A stretch of 64,000 bases of DNA from NCBI RefSeq assembly GCF_016026235.1, contig NZ_CP065613.1; one strand, 5' to 3'. The notes beneath the pieces are model-generated. The model was not told where the DNA came from and made no database searches. It saw nothing but the letters and a program-made list of their open reading frames with translations. Origin of the DNA: Escherichia coli. GTDB lineage: Bacteria > Pseudomonadota > Gammaproteobacteria > Enterobacterales > Enterobacteriaceae. Below are positions 30,696 through 42,303 of the stretch, one piece after another (the first letter of the stretch is position 1; every line of letters starts with the position of its first letter). The translations under genes and the position numbers were made by a program.

Positions 30696-31520
30696 TCAGC
30701 GCATTCCACCGTACGCCAGCGTCACTTCCTTCGCCGCTTTGATCACCATCGCGCCAAACTCGGTCACGCGGTCATCGGTAATACGTGAAATCGGTCCGGA
30801 AATAGAAATTGCGGCAAACGGTTCACGGTGCTCATCGAAAATACACGCTGCAAGGCAACGTAGCCCCAGTGCATGTTCCTCATCGTCAAATGAATAACCC
30901 CGTTTGCGCGTTTGGGCGAGATCTTCTTTTAAATGCACAGGAGACACCAGCGTTGCGTGGGTATAGGCATGTAACCCTTTGCGGTGCAGCAGCTTCGTCA
31001 CCTGTTCTTCGCTCAGTTGGGCTAAAAAGGCTTTACCCGCACCGGAAGCGTGCATCGGCAATTTACCGCCGATAGGCGCGGACATTCGCATCAGATGCGT
31101 ACACTGTACCTGGTCGATAATAATCGCTTCGTGATCGCTTTGATCAAGCACCGCCATATTGACCGTTTCGCCAGACTCTTCCATTAAATTGCGCAGGATA
31201 GGGTGAACAATCGCTAACAAATTACGGCTCTGGAGAAAGCTGCTGCCGACCATAAAGGCATGTGCGCCGATTGCCCAATGTCCCAGTTCGCCGACCTGAC
31301 GCACGAAACCCTGCTGTTGCATCGTGGTTAGCAGGCGGTGGGTCGTGGAATTGGGTAACCCGGCTTGTTGCGCCAGCTCTGTGAGTGCCACGCTGCCATT
31401 GGATTCGGCAATCCACTCCAGTAATTTCAGGCCACGCGTTAAAGACTGAACCTGTCCAGTCGCTGGTGCGGTGGCAACGGCGGGTTTTCTGCCGCGTTTC
31501 GCGGGAATGGGTGCGACCAT
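30696..31520 (-). CDS. iclR: glyoxylate-shunt transcriptional repressor IclR (274 aa)
   Basis: MVAPIPAKRGRKPAVATAPATGQVQSLTRGLKLLEWIAESNGSVALTELAQQAGLP...; ATG at 31520. Confidence 0.93.
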   Translation of the reverse strand: MVAPIPAKRGRKPAVATAPATGQVQSLTRGLKLLEWIAESNGSVALTELAQQAGLPNSTTHRLLTTMQQQGFVRQVGELGHWAIGAHAFMVGSSFLQSRNLLAIVHPILRNLMEESGETVNMAVLDQSDHEAIIIDQVQCTHLMRMSAPIGGKLPMHASGAGKAFLAQLSEEQVTKLLHRKGLHAYTHATLVSPVHLKEDLAQTRKRGYSFDDEEHALGLRCLAACIFDEHREPFAAISISGPISRITDDRVTEFGAMVIKAAKEVTLAYGGMR

Positions 31521-31719
31521 GACAGTCTCCTTTTTCTGTATCGTGGAAATCATTTTCATTTTTATTGTTAGCTAATGCAATAGTTGCTGAACTGATCCGA
31601 TGAGTTAATGTTGAACAAATCTCATGTTGCGTGGTGGTCGCTTTTACCACAGATGCGTTTATGCCAGTATGGTTTGTTGAATTTTTATTAAATCTGGGTT
31701 GAGCGTGTCGGGAGCAAGT

Positions 31720-34700
31720 GTGAGCAGCAAAGTGGAACAACTGCGTGCGCAGTTAAATGAACGTATTCTGGTGTTGGACGGCGGTATGGGCACCATGATC
31801 CAGAGCTATCGACTGAACGAAGCCGATTTTCGTGGTGAACGCTTTGCCGACTGGCCATGCGACCTCAAAGGCAACAACGACCTGCTGGTGCTCAGCAAAC
31901 CGGAAGTGATCGCCGCTATCCACAACGCCTACTTTGAAGCGGGCGCGGATATCATCGAAACCAACACCTTCAACTCCACGACCATTGCGATGGCGGATTA
32001 CCAGATGGAATCCCTGTCGGCGGAAATCAACTTTGCGGCGGCGAAACTGGCGCGCGCCTGTGCTGATGAGTGGACCGCGCGCACGCCAGAGAAACCGCGC
32101 TACGTTGCCGGTGTTCTCGGCCCGACCAACCGCACGGCGTCTATTTCTCCGGACGTCAACGATCCGGCATTCCGCAACATCACTTTTGACCAGCTGGTGG
32201 CGGCCTATCGCGAATCCACCAAAGCGCTGGTGGAAGGTGGCGCGGATCTGATCCTGATTGAAACCGTTTTCGACACCCTTAACGCCAAAGCGGCGGTCTT
32301 TGCGGTGAAAACGGAGTTCGAAGCGTTAGGCGTTGAGCTGCCGATTATGATCTCCGGCACCATCACCGACGCCTCCGGGCGCACGCTCTCCGGACAGACC
32401 ACCGAAGCATTTTACAACTCCCTGCGCCATGCCGAAGCCCTGACTTTTGGCCTCAACTGCGCGCTGGGGCCAGACGAACTGCGCCAGTACGTGCAGGAAC
32501 TATCACGGATTGCGGAATGCTACGTCACCGCCCACCCGAACGCCGGGCTGCCCAACGCCTTTGGTGAGTACGATCTCGACGCCGACACGATGGCAAAACA
32601 GATACGTGAATGGGCGCAAGCGGGCTTTCTCAATATCGTCGGCGGCTGCTGCGGCACCACGCCGCAACATATTGCAGCGATGAGTCGTGCAGTAGAAGGA
32701 TTAGCGCCGCGCAAACTGCCTGAAATTCCCGTAGCCTGCCGTTTGTCCGGCCTGGAGCCGCTGAACATTGGCGAAGATAGCCTGTTTGTGAACGTGGGTG
32801 AACGCACCAACGTCACCGGTTCCGCTAAGTTCAAGCGCCTGATCAAAGAAGAGAAATACAGCGAGGCGCTGGATGTGGCCCGCCAGCAGGTGGAAAACGG
32901 TGCACAGATTATCGATATCAATATGGATGAAGGGATGCTCGACGCCGAAGCGGCGATGGTGCGTTTTCTCAATCTGATTGCCGGTGAACCGGATATCGCT
33001 CGCGTGCCGATTATGATCGACTCCTCAAAATGGGAGGTCATCGAAAAGGGGCTGAAGTGTATTCAGGGCAAAGGCATTGTTAACTCAATCTCGATGAAAG
33101 AGGGCGTCGACGCCTTTATCCATCATGCGAAACTGTTGCGTCGTTACGGTGCGGCAGTGGTGGTGATGGCCTTTGACGAACAGGGGCAGGCCGATACCCG
33201 CGCACGGAAAATCGAGATTTGCCGTCGGGCGTACAAAATCCTCACCGAAGAGGTTGGCTTCCCGCCAGAAGATATCATCTTCGACCCAAACATCTTCGCG
33301 GTCGCAACTGGCATTGAAGAGCACAACAACTACGCGCAGGACTTTATCGGCGCGTGTGAAGACATCAAACGCGAACTGCCGCACGCGCTGATTTCCGGCG
33401 GCGTATCTAACGTTTCTTTCTCATTCCGTGGCAACGATCCGGTGCGCGAAGCCATTCACGCGGTGTTCCTCTACTACGCTATTCGCAATGGCATGGATAT
33501 GGGGATCGTCAACGCCGGGCAACTGGCTATTTACGACGACCTGCCCGCGGAACTGCGCGACGCGGTGGAAGATGTGATTCTTAATCGTCGCGACGATGGC
33601 ACCGAGCGTTTACTGGAGCTTGCCGAGAAATATCGCGGCAGCAAAACCGACGACACCGCTAACGCCCAGCAGGCGGAGTGGCGCTCGTGGGAAGTGAATA
33701 AACGTCTGGAATACTCGCTGGTCAAAGGCATTACTGAGTTTATCGAGCAGGATACCGAAGAAGCCCGCCAGCAGGCTACGCGCCCGATTGAAGTGATTGA
33801 AGGCCCGCTAATGGACGGCATGAACGTGGTCGGCGATCTGTTCGGCGAAGGGAAAATGTTCCTGCCACAGGTGGTCAAATCGGCGCGTGTGATGAAGCAG
33901 GCGGTGGCCTACCTCGAACCGTTTATTGAAGCCAGCAAAGAGCAGGGCAAAACCAACGGCAAGATGGTGATCGCCACCGTGAAGGGCGACGTCCACGATA
34001 TCGGTAAAAATATCGTTGGCGTGGTGCTGCAATGTAACAACTACGAAATTGTCGATCTCGGCGTGATGGTGCCTGCGGAAAAAATTCTCCGTACTGCTAA
34101 AGAAGTGAATGCTGATTTGATTGGCCTTTCGGGGCTTATCACGCCGTCGCTGGACGAGATGGTTAACGTGGCGAAAGAGATGGAGCGTCAGGGCTTCACC
34201 ATTCCGTTACTGATCGGTGGCGCGACCACCTCAAAAGCGCACACGGCGGTGAAAATTGAGCAGAACTACAGCGGCCCGACGGTGTATGTGCAGAATGCCT
34301 CGCGCACCGTTGGTGTGGTGGCGGCGCTGCTTTCCGATACTCAGCGCGATGATTTTGTCGCTCGTACCCGCAAGGAGTACGAAACCGTACGTATTCAGCA
34401 CGGGCGCAAGAAACCGCGCACACCACCGGTCACGCTGGAAGCGGCGCGCGATAACGACTTCGCTTTTGACTGGCAGGCTTACACGCCGCCGGTGGCGCAC
34501 CGTCTCGGCGTGCAGGAAGTTGAAGCCAGCATCGAAACTCTGCGTAATTACATCGACTGGACACCGTTCTTTATGACCTGGTCGCTGGCCGGGAAGTATC
34601 CGCGCATTCTGGAAGATGAAGTGGTGGGCGTTGAGGCGCAGCGGCTGTTTAAAGACGCCAACGACATGCTGGATAAATTAAGCGCCGAGAAAACGCTGAA

Positions 34701-35403
34701 TCCGCGTGGCGTGGTGGGCCTGTTCCCGGCAAACCGTGTGGGCGATGACATTGAAATCTACCGCGACGAAACACGTACCCATGTGATCAACGTCAGCCAC
34801 CATCTACGACAACAGACCGAAAAAACGGGATTCGCTAACTACTGTCTCGCTGACTTCGTTGCGCCGAAGCTTTCTGGTAAAGCAGATTACATCGGCGCAT
34901 TTGCCGTGACTGGCGGGCTGGAAGAGGACGCACTGGCTGATGCCTTTGAAGCGCAGCACGATGATTACAACAAAATCATGGTGAAAGCGCTTGCCGACCG
35001 TTTAGCCGAAGCCTTTGCGGAGTATCTCCATGAGCGTGTGCGTAAAGTCTACTGGGGCTATGCGCCGAACGAGAACCTCAGCAACGAAGAGCTTATCCGC
35101 GAAAACTACCAGGGCATCCGTCCGGCACCGGGCTATCCGGCCTGCCCGGAACATACGGAAAAAGCCACCATCTGGGAGCTGCTGGAAGTGGAAAAACACA
35201 CTGGCATGAAACTCACAGAATCTTTCGCCATGTGGCCTGGTGCATCGGTTTCGGGTTGGTACTTCAGCCACCCGGACAGCAAGTATTACGCGGTGGCGCA
35301 AATCCAGCGCGATCAGGTTGAAGACTATGCCCGCCGTAAAGGTATGAGCGTCTCAGATGTTGAGCGCTGGCTGGCACCGAATCTGGGGTATGACGCGGAC
35401 TGA
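31720..35403 (+). CDS. metH: cobalamin-dependent methionine synthase MetH (1227 aa)
   Basis: GTG start then [29 protein letters not shown]...; B12-binding [10 protein letters not shown] motif. Confidence 0.95.
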   Translation: MSSKVEQLRAQLNERILVLDGGMGTMIQSYRLNEADFRGERFADWPCDLKGNNDLLVLSKPEVIAAIHNAYFEAGADIIETNTFNSTTIAMADYQMESLSAEINFAAAKLARACADEWTARTPEKPRYVAGVLGPTNRTASISPDVNDPAFRNITFDQLVAAYRESTKALVEGGADLILIETVFDTLNAKAAVFAVKTEFEALGVELPIMISGTITDASGRTLSGQTTEAFYNSLRHAEALTFGLNCALGPDELRQYVQELSRIAECYVTAHPNAGLPNAFGEYDLDADTMAKQIREWAQAGFLNIVGGCCGTTPQHIAAMSRAVEGLAPRKLPEIPVACRLSGLEPLNIGEDSLFVNVGERTNVTGSAKFKRLIKEEKYSEALDVARQQVENGAQIIDINMDEGMLDAEAAMVRFLNLIAGEPDIARVPIMIDSSKWEVIEKGLKCIQGKGIVNSISMKEGVDAFIHHAKLLRRYGAAVVVMAFDEQGQADTRARKIEICRRAYKILTEEVGFPPEDIIFDPNIFAVATGIEEHNNYAQDFIGACEDIKRELPHALISGGVSNVSFSFRGNDPVREAIHAVFLYYAIRNGMDMGIVNAGQLAIYDDLPAELRDAVEDVILNRRDDGTERLLELAEKYRGSKTDDTANAQQAEWRSWEVNKRLEYSLVKGITEFIEQDTEEARQQATRPIEVIEGPLMDGMNVVGDLFGEGKMFLPQVVKSARVMKQAVAYLEPFIEASKEQGKTNGKMVIATVKGDVHDIGKNIVGVVLQCNNYEIVDLGVMVPAEKILRTAKEVNADLIGLSGLITPSLDEMVNVAKEMERQGFTIPLLIGGATTSKAHTAVKIEQNYSGPTVYVQNASRTVGVVAALLSDTQRDDFVARTRKEYETVRIQHGRKKPRTPPVTLEAARDNDFAFDWQAYTPPVAHRLGVQEVEASIETLRNYIDWTPFFMTWSLAGKYPRILEDEVVGVEAQRLFKDANDMLDKLSAEKTLNPRGVVGLFPANRVGDDIEIYRDETRTHVINVSHHLRQQTEKTGFANYCLADFVAPKLSGKADYIGAFAVTGGLEEDALADAFEAQHDDYNKIMVKALADRLAEAFAEYLHERVRKVYWGYAPNENLSNEELIRENYQGIRPAPGYPACPEHTEKATIWELLEVEKHTGMKLTESFAMWPGASVSGWYFSHPDSKYYAVAQIQRDQVEDYARRKGMSVSDVERWLAPNLGYDAD

Positions 35404-35435
35404 TTCACAAATCTGTCACTTTTCCTTACAACAAA

Positions 35436-35468
35436 CAGGGCGCTCAATGAGTGCCCTGTCTCTTTATT
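35436..35468 (+). terminator. rho-independent terminator after metH
   Basis: Hairpin CAGGGCGCTCaatGAGTGCCCTG followed by TCTCTTTATT. Confidence 0.7.
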
Positions 35469-35622
35469 AATATGAAACACTTATACTGGAAACAGGCTGG
35501 AATAATCTTAGCCGGAAAAACGAATGTCAAAAGGCACAGTAAAGATGCCAGCCAGCGTGTTTCCGGTCCTTTGGTCATTCAATTGCTTCAGGAACATATA
35601 ACGATAAGGAGAACCTGAACTC

Positions 35623-37254
35623 GTGTTAACGCTGCTTCACCTGCTTTCTGCCGTCGCCCTGCTGGTCTGGGGGACTCATATTGTTCGAACCGGCGTAATG
35701 CGCGTCTTCGGCGCGCGTTTGCGTACTGTCCTTAGCCGGAGCGTCGAAAAAAAGCCGCTCGCCTTTTGCGCGGGGATCGGCGTTACCGCACTGGTACAGA
35801 GCAGTAATGCCACCACCATGCTGGTGACCTCGTTCGTCGCTCAGGATCTGGTAGCCCTCGCACCGGCTCTGGTCATTGTGCTGGGGGCAGATGTCGGGAC
35901 GGCGCTAATGGCGCGTATTCTCACCTTCGACTTATCCTGGCTGTCACCGTTACTTATTTTTATCGGCGTGATTTTTTTCCTCGGACGCAAACAGTCACGC
36001 GCCGGGCAACTGGGCCGCGTCGGTATTGGTCTTGGGCTGATTTTGCTGGCGCTGGAGTTGATTGTGCAGGCCGTAACGCCGATCACCCAGGCAAACGGCG
36101 TTCAGGTAATCTTTGCCTCGCTGACCGGCGATATTCTGCTGGATGCGCTGATTGGCGCGATGTTCGCCATTATCAGCTACTCCAGCCTTGCTGCTGTACT
36201 GCTGACCGCGACTCTGACCGCCGCAGGCATTATCTCCTTCCCCGTGGCGCTCTGTCTGGTGATTGGTGCTAACCTCGGTTCCGGCCTGCTGGCGATGCTC
36301 AACAACAGTGCCGCCAATGCCGCAGCCCGCCGTGTCGCGCTGGGTAGTCTGCTGTTTAAGCTGGTGGGTAGCCTGATTATCCTGCCGTTTGTCCATTTGC
36401 TGGCAGAGACAATGGGGAAGTTGTCATTGCCAAAAGCGGAACTGGTGATCTATTTCCACGTCTTCTACAACCTTGTACGTTGCCTGGTCATGCTGCCATT
36501 TGTTGACCCGATGGCACGGTTTTGCAAAACGATTATTCGCGATGAACCGGAACTGGATACCCAGCTACGGCCTAAACATCTGGATGTTAGCGCGCTGGAT
36601 ACGCCCACGCTTGCTCTGGCGAACGCCGCGCGCGAAACCCTGCGCATTGGCGACGCCATGGAACAGATGATGGAAGGGCTGAATAAAGTGATGCACGGCG
36701 AGCCAAGGCAGGAGAAAGAGCTGCGTAAGCTGGCAGATGATATCAACGTTCTCTATACCGCCATTAAGCTGTATCTGGCGCGGATGCCAAAAGAAGAGCT
36801 GGCGGAGGAAGAGTCGCGCCGCTGGGCGGAGATCATCGAAATGTCGCTCAACCTTGAACAGGCCTCCGATATCGTCGAGCGCATGGGTAGTGAAATTGCC
36901 GACAAATCGCTGGCTGCAAGGCGAGCATTTTCGCTTGATGGCTTGAAGGAACTGGATGCGCTCTATGAGCAATTGCTCAGTAATTTAAAACTGGCAATGT
37001 CGGTTTTCTTCTCTGGCGATGTTACCAGCGCTCGTCGTTTGCGCCGTAGTAAGCATCGCTTTCGCATTCTTAATCGCCGCTATTCCCACGCCCACGTCGA
37101 TCGCCTGCATCAGCAAAACGTGCAGAGTATTGAAACCAGTTCGCTACATTTAGGCTTACTGGGAGATATGCAGCGACTGAACTCGCTGTTTTGTTCGGTG
37201 GCTTACAGTGTGCTGGAACAGCCGGATGAAGATGAAGGACGGGACGAGTATTAA
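35623..37254 (+). CDS. yjbB: Na/Pi-cotransporter-family membrane protein YjbB (543 aa)
   Basis: GTG start; LTLLHLLSAVALLVWGTHIVRTGVMRVFGARLR...; polytopic membrane N-half, PhoU-like C-half. Confidence 0.9.
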   Translation: MLTLLHLLSAVALLVWGTHIVRTGVMRVFGARLRTVLSRSVEKKPLAFCAGIGVTALVQSSNATTMLVTSFVAQDLVALAPALVIVLGADVGTALMARILTFDLSWLSPLLIFIGVIFFLGRKQSRAGQLGRVGIGLGLILLALELIVQAVTPITQANGVQVIFASLTGDILLDALIGAMFAIISYSSLAAVLLTATLTAAGIISFPVALCLVIGANLGSGLLAMLNNSAANAAARRVALGSLLFKLVGSLIILPFVHLLAETMGKLSLPKAELVIYFHVFYNLVRCLVMLPFVDPMARFCKTIIRDEPELDTQLRPKHLDVSALDTPTLALANAARETLRIGDAMEQMMEGLNKVMHGEPRQEKELRKLADDINVLYTAIKLYLARMPKEELAEEESRRWAEIIEMSLNLEQASDIVERMGSEIADKSLAARRAFSLDGLKELDALYEQLLSNLKLAMSVFFSGDVTSARRLRRSKHRFRILNRRYSHAHVDRLHQQNVQSIETSSLHLGLLGDMQRLNSLFCSVAYSVLEQPDEDEGRDEY

Positions 37255-37263
37255 TACCGTGAC

Positions 37264-37336
37264 CCTGTAGGCCTGATAAGACGCGTAAAGCGTCGCATCA
37301 GGCACTATGAATAAGATGCCGGATCATGCATCCGGC
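37264..37336. repeat. REP elements between the convergent yjbB and pepE
   Basis: CCTGTAGGCCTGATAAGACGCGTAAAGCGTCGCATCAGGC and GCCGGATCATGCATCCGGC. Confidence 0.8.
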
Positions 37337-37343
37337 AATTCAC

Positions 37344-38033
37344 TTAAAAACGGTGACCCGCTTCCAGCGGAACCGCTTCTTCACCGGCCTTAAACACATA
37401 GGTGGTGTTCGGGCCACCCAGCGTTGCGTGACCTTTACTCACTGTGATCCAGTTACCTTCCGGTAGACCAATAATCGTCAGTTCTGGCGCGACGACCAGC
37501 AGTTCGCGAATACGCTGTTCACGGGTTTCACCTTTATGGCCTTCCGGCAACGCGTTGGTGAAGTGCGGGTTGATTTGCAACGGGAACAGATTCAGCGCAT
37601 CGAAACCTTGCGGATCGACAATCGGCATATCGTTGGTGGTACGAATGGTTGGGCAAGCAAGGTTAGCGCCTGCGCTCCAGCCAATATACAGCGCGCCACG
37701 TTTAACCACGTCAGTAATTGGTGCCAGCAGCCCGCGCTCGCGGCACTGTTTCAGCAACTGGAAAGTATTCCCGCCGCCGACAATCACGATCTCAGCATTT
37801 TCAATCGCGGCAACGGGATCGACAACGCTATGAATACCGGTGACAGAAACACCCAGCGGAGCGAGAACCGCAGCCGTTTTCTCTGTGTAATCATCCCAGG
37901 TCTGCGTTACGCCAGCGAAAGGGATAAACACCGCTGAGCGGCGACCCTGCAACTGTTCAGCAATTAGCGGCAGTGCATGTTCCAGCCAGGCTTTACCCGG
38001 CAGCGTCGAGTTACTCAATAAAAGCAGTTCCAT
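37344..38033 (-). CDS. pepE: alpha-aspartyl dipeptidase (peptidase E, 229 aa)
   Basis: [42 protein letters not shown]... Confidence 0.95.
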   Translation of the reverse strand: MELLLLSNSTLPGKAWLEHALPLIAEQLQGRRSAVFIPFAGVTQTWDDYTEKTAAVLAPLGVSVTGIHSVVDPVAAIENAEIVIVGGGNTFQLLKQCRERGLLAPITDVVKRGALYIGWSAGANLACPTIRTTNDMPIVDPQGFDALNLFPLQINPHFTNALPEGHKGETREQRIRELLVVAPELTIIGLPEGNWITVSKGHATLGGPNTTYVFKAGEEAVPLEAGHRF

Positions 38034-38155
38034 TACTTCTCCGGTTAGTAAGAAATCACGGAAGGAATGCTACCACTGCGAATTTAACCACTTACTGACA
38101 TGGCTCACGATGTCACGTATTGCACAGGCGCTGAGACTGATGACAAACACAGCAT

Positions 38156-38254
38156 TGCCTGATGCGCTACGCTTACCTGGCCTACCAGATAACTGCAATA
38201 TATTGAATTTTCAAAATTATGTAGACCGAATAAGGCTTCATTCCGCATCCGGCA
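38156..38254. repeat. REP/BIME-like palindromic units at the pepE-proximal edge of the sor island
   Basis: TGCCTGATGCGCTACGCTTACCTGGCCTAC ... GTAGACCGAATAAGGCTTCATTCCGCATCCGGC. Confidence 0.65.
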
Positions 38255-38413
38255 TAAACAATGTGCACTTTGCCACCAATTTGAGCGCCCCTTAAGGCGC
38301 TGATATTTTTTATGCTTCTCGTGCAAATTGTGCTGCTTCAGCAATCAGCAGCACATCCGGTCGCGAAGTTGCTGGTGCGACCAGCCAGCGACATGCAGAG
38401 TTGAGTAACGCGA

Positions 38414-39643
38414 TTAATCATGGGAAATTGCCTCTGCATGAGTGAGCAGATATTGCTCCGCCTCACCGGACCAGATCCCCTGATGACGCGCCAGAATCGC
38501 CGCCAGTGCTTGATCCTTAATCTGCGTGAGTGACGTCAGCGGCAGGTATTTCCCGGTATACACCAGCTTTTTGCCGCCGCCGACGGCAGGCAATTCAAGC
38601 GTGGTTTCGCCCGCGGCATTCAGCCCAAGAATATGTGTTACCACTTTTGCGGCCTGCACTTTTTTCTCTTCGATCAGTTTGACCGCCGCGCGCATGTCGT
38701 CGGTATTGCCGCCTGACGTGCCCACGTAGTGGGTAAATGCATAATGCACATCGTAGAAATTAATTGGCGCGCTGAAATGTTTATCCTGCGGTCCGGCGAA
38801 GAAATTCAGGCAACCATCTGTCGCCAGCAAGGAAGAGGCGAGAGTCACCAGTCCTTCATTAGGCACAAAGACGAAAATATCATCGAAGCCGTGACCGCCA
38901 CTCAGCGCCATTAACGTATCAAATGCTGCATCGGTGGCATTGAGATAATGAATCAGTGTTTGCGGTTCTGATGGATAGTGCTTGCGCGCATAACTCAATT
39001 TATCGTTGTCGGTATCGGTAATGACGAGCAGCGACGGGTTAACTGGTCCATGCAGCGCATAATCAATCGCCAACAGTCCCATTGGTCCGGTGCCGCCGAG
39101 GATCAGCGTGCGCCCTTGCGGGCGAATCCCCATCGTGTGGTTATAACTACCTTCCTGAAGATGATAGTTGGCGTTGAACGCGCCAATCACGCAGGAAAGC
39201 GGTTCAACCAGTGAGCCTTCAAAATAGGTTTCGCCGTCGTATGCCAGCAGGCAATCTTGTTCCATGACCTCGTTGGGAATAACCACATGCGTGGCTTCGC
39301 CGCCCACCCACGGGAAGGAGTAGCCGGGGCAGTCCGGGCGGTCGGGGAGTTGCAGGTTGGCCTGAATCACATAACGCTGACCCGGCTGGAATTTGTGCTG
39401 CCACTTTTTACCCAAGGCCAGAATATCGCCGCAAAACTCGTGGCCGATGATGATGGGGTTGGTCGCCACATCGTCGGGTACTTTTTTATGGTTTTCACCC
39501 AGATTGGCCTCTTTCCAGGAAGAGAGGCACAGGCTGTCAGTGACCACCGTCGCGAGGATTTCATCCTCCTGCATTTCAGGAAGGTCAAAGGTTTCCAGGC
39601 GTAAATCACGTTTACCATAAAGACGCAGAGCTGTTGTTTTCAT
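38414..39643 (-). CDS. sorE: L-sorbose-1-phosphate reductase (Zn-dependent MDR-family dehydrogenase)
   Basis: MKTTALRLYGKRDLRLETFDLPEMQEDEILATVVTDSLCLSSWK...; MDR fold (GHEFCG); ATG 39643 preceded by GAGGTGG. Confidence 0.8.
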   Translation of the reverse strand: MKTTALRLYGKRDLRLETFDLPEMQEDEILATVVTDSLCLSSWKEANLGENHKKVPDDVATNPIIIGHEFCGDILALGKKWQHKFQPGQRYVIQANLQLPDRPDCPGYSFPWVGGEATHVVIPNEVMEQDCLLAYDGETYFEGSLVEPLSCVIGAFNANYHLQEGSYNHTMGIRPQGRTLILGGTGPMGLLAIDYALHGPVNPSLLVITDTDNDKLSYARKHYPSEPQTLIHYLNATDAAFDTLMALSGGHGFDDIFVFVPNEGLVTLASSLLATDGCLNFFAGPQDKHFSAPINFYDVHYAFTHYVGTSGGNTDDMRAAVKLIEEKKVQAAKVVTHILGLNAAGETTLELPAVGGGKKLVYTGKYLPLTSLTQIKDQALAAILARHQGIWSGEAEQYLLTHAEAISHD

Positions 39644-39694
39644 AAACCACCTCATGTTGAGCGATGGCCCCGGCAGTCGTGCCGGGGCGAAGAA

Positions 39695-40519
39695 TCAGGA
39701 CAGGAAGCCCAGCGCATTACCGATAATCCCTAAGCCAAACAGGGCGAAAATCAGCCATACCGGGTTAATTTTTTTGTTGAGCAGACGAACCATAAGCAGC
39801 GTCAGACCGAGCGCCAGCAAACCAGGGCAAAGTTGGTCGAGAATGTTCTGCACGGTCATGGTGACGGTGGAGCCATCGGCGGCATGCGTTTGTGAAACCA
39901 CCAACGGTACGTTGATTGACGTCCATTTGGTGACCAGCACGCCCATCACAAACAGTCCGAGAATCGACGCGCCTTCGGTGAGTTTTTGCAGCACATTCCC
40001 GCCCATATCGCTGACGATATTCACCCCTTTGCGAAAGCCGAGCTGTAGGCCATACCACTTCATCGCCAGACGCACCGCATTGAAAATAAAGAAAAACAAA
40101 AGCGGGCCGAGGATGTTGCCAGAAAGTGCCAGAGATGCGCCGAGCGCAGCGGTAATCGGGCGCAGCGTTCCCCAAACCAGTGGATCGCCAACCCCTGCCA
40201 ATGGTCCCATCAGACCGACTTTGATGCCGTTAATGGTACCGTCATCAATTTCCGCGCCGTTGGCCCGCGCCTCTTCCATGGCGGCAGTGACGCCGATGAC
40301 CGGGCCACATACGGCTGGCGTGGTATTGAAGAACACCAGGTGTCGCCTGAGCGCCGCAACCTGATCCTCTTTTAATGGGTAAAGTCGCTTGATGGCGGGG
40401 ATCATGTCGTAGCAAAAGCCCAGCCCGTGAATACGTTCAAAGTTAAAGGACGCCTGTTGCAGGTTGGAGCGCAGAAACATGCTCACCAGATCGCTGCGTG
40501 TAATTTTTCTCTGTTCCAT
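39695..40519 (-). CDS. sorM: PTS mannose/sorbose-family EIID component
   Basis: MEQRKITRSDLVSMFLRSNLQQASFNFERIHGLGFCYDMIPAIKRLYP... typical EIID; ATG 40519 preceded by GGAG. Confidence 0.8.
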   Translation of the reverse strand: MEQRKITRSDLVSMFLRSNLQQASFNFERIHGLGFCYDMIPAIKRLYPLKEDQVAALRRHLVFFNTTPAVCGPVIGVTAAMEEARANGAEIDDGTINGIKVGLMGPLAGVGDPLVWGTLRPITAALGASLALSGNILGPLLFFFIFNAVRLAMKWYGLQLGFRKGVNIVSDMGGNVLQKLTEGASILGLFVMGVLVTKWTSINVPLVVSQTHAADGSTVTMTVQNILDQLCPGLLALGLTLLMVRLLNKKINPVWLIFALFGLGIIGNALGFLS

Positions 40520-40529
40520 GATGGCTCCG

Positions 40530-41327
40530 TTAATCGTCAAGTTGGTCAAGGGCGGTGGAGGTGGTGGCCTGGGGTTGAGGTTCAGCTTTACGCCACTGTG
40601 GATTTAGCTGGATGTAGACCAGGGCCATGATCACGCCGACGCCACCGAACGCCAGCAGACTGAGATCGAGGTAGCCACCTGCGAGGAAACCGAGGAAAAA
40701 GAAAGGCATCAAATATTTCACGCCCATCATACGTAGCACCATGGCGTAACCGACCACCACGATAAAACCGCCAGCAATTTGCAGACCGCGCGTCACGAAT
40801 TCCGGTATCGCGCTCAGCATATTGCTCACCATATCGGCGCTGACGAACAGTGAGACAATCAGTGCCGGAATAGCAACGCGCAGCGCCTGCACGCCAAGCG
40901 CGGAGACATGCAGAATATCGAGAGTGCGAAACCGTGCTTCTTCCGCTGCTTTATCCGCCGCGTGCTGGAACACTACGGTGATGGTACGGGCAAACACAGT
41001 CAGCACCTGGCCTGCCGCAGCCACAGGCAACGCGATGGCGATTCCGGTGGCGATGCTTTGCTGACCAACGATAACCAGAATGGCGGAGATTATGCTGGCG
41101 AGTGCAGAATCCGGAGATTGCGCCGCGCCGACGTTCATCCAGCCGAGAGCTATCAATTCCAGCGTACCACCGAGTATTATTCCGGTTTTTAAATCACCGA
41201 GAATTAAACCAATCACCGTACAGGCAATTAACGGGCGATGAGTCTGGAATTCATCCAGCACGCTGCCCATTCCGGCAATACAGGAAAAAAGAAATATAGC
41301 AATAATTTGTAGGGTACTTATTTCCAT
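40530..41327 (-). CDS. sorA: PTS mannose/sorbose-family EIIC component (265 aa)
   Basis: MEISTLQIIAIFLFSCIAGMGSVLDEFQTHRPLIACTVIGLILG... polytopic EIIC. Confidence 0.8.
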   Translation of the reverse strand: MEISTLQIIAIFLFSCIAGMGSVLDEFQTHRPLIACTVIGLILGDLKTGIILGGTLELIALGWMNVGAAQSPDSALASIISAILVIVGQQSIATGIAIALPVAAAGQVLTVFARTITVVFQHAADKAAEEARFRTLDILHVSALGVQALRVAIPALIVSLFVSADMVSNMLSAIPEFVTRGLQIAGGFIVVVGYAMVLRMMGVKYLMPFFFLGFLAGGYLDLSLLAFGGVGVIMALVYIQLNPQWRKAEPQPQATTSTALDQLDD

Positions 41328-41392
41328 GATTTGTCACCTTTTAAGTGTCGTCATCCCTGCCTGTTAAAGCATATGTACACTGGCGCTATTAT

Positions 41393-41887
41393 TTAATTTG
41401 CGATTAACTGTTCGTTTATTTTGTCGATAATATTGATTGAGGGATCTGACGCTACGACGCGTAAATCCAGTATGACGCCAAGATTATTTAACTCATGAAA
41501 TGCGTTAATATCATCATCATCTAATGAAACCGCTTTGGTTAACTGTTTTTTACCGGGCCGCCAGGCCATGCCGCCAATATTCAGGGTGCCTATTTTTACC
41601 CCCTGGCGAACCATCGCTAAGGCATCCTGTGGGCGAGTGAAAAGATAAAAAACGGTTTCGTCCTGATATTGCGGGTTGTGATAAACCGCGACGGCTTTTT
41701 CAATATTGACCACGTTAACCTTCATTCCCGGTGGCGCAGCCTGACGCAATAATGTCCGGCGAACTTCATCGTTATAAACTTCGTCATTGCAGATAATAAT
41801 GCGCTGGGCGTTAGCCACTTTCGACCAGACGGTAGTGACCTGACCGTGGATCAGGCGGTCATCAATGCGGGCGAGCGTAATGTTCAT
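41393..41887 (-). CDS. sorB: PTS mannose/sorbose-family EIIB component (164 aa)
   Basis: MNITLARIDDRLIHGQVTTVWSK... EIIB-Man signature with phosphorylatable His. Confidence 0.8.
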   Translation of the reverse strand: MNITLARIDDRLIHGQVTTVWSKVANAQRIIICNDEVYNDEVRRTLLRQAAPPGMKVNVVNIEKAVAVYHNPQYQDETVFYLFTRPQDALAMVRQGVKIGTLNIGGMAWRPGKKQLTKAVSLDDDDINAFHELNNLGVILDLRVVASDPSINIIDKINEQLIAN

Positions 41888-42294
41888 CAGAAATCCTCCT
41901 CTGTCGTTGCCAGTTGTTTCCAGACAACGCAGGTTTGCTTTGCGATTTGTGTCAGGTGTTCACACAGTTCATCAACATTCATGCTGTCCTGGTTATCAAC
42001 CAGTTCGAGCGCCAGCGGCAGAGAAAGGCCGCTGATTACCCGCAGACGAGGATTGCGCATCGCAAGCATCGCTGCCGCATTCCACGGGCTGCCGCACTGT
42101 AAATCCACGGCAATCAGCCACTCATCTTGATTGTGAATGCTTACTAACTTTTCCAGCTTTGCTACGATGTCTCCGGCGTTCTCGCCGGGCACAAATTCAA
42201 CTGCCTCGACCCTGGCGTCGCCGTACACCATCTGAACCGATTCCAGCATGGCGCAAGCTAATTTGCCGTGGGCGCAAAAAATGGCATTGACCAT
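41887..42294 (-). CDS. sorF: PTS mannose/sorbose-family EIIA component (135 aa)
   Basis: MVNAIFCAHGKLACAMLESVQMVYGD... EIIA-Man fold; stop overlaps the sorB start by 1 nt. Confidence 0.8.
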   Translation of the reverse strand: MVNAIFCAHGKLACAMLESVQMVYGDARVEAVEFVPGENAGDIVAKLEKLVSIHNQDEWLIAVDLQCGSPWNAAAMLAMRNPRLRVISGLSLPLALELVDNQDSMNVDELCEHLTQIAKQTCVVWKQLATTEEDF

Positions 42295-42303
42295 AAAGCC
42301 TCC

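Noticed and set aside
38105-38344. 79-aa minus-strand ORF between pepE and sorE
   Set aside because: Overlaps REP/BIME palindromes and a hairpin; low-complexity product; no RBS.
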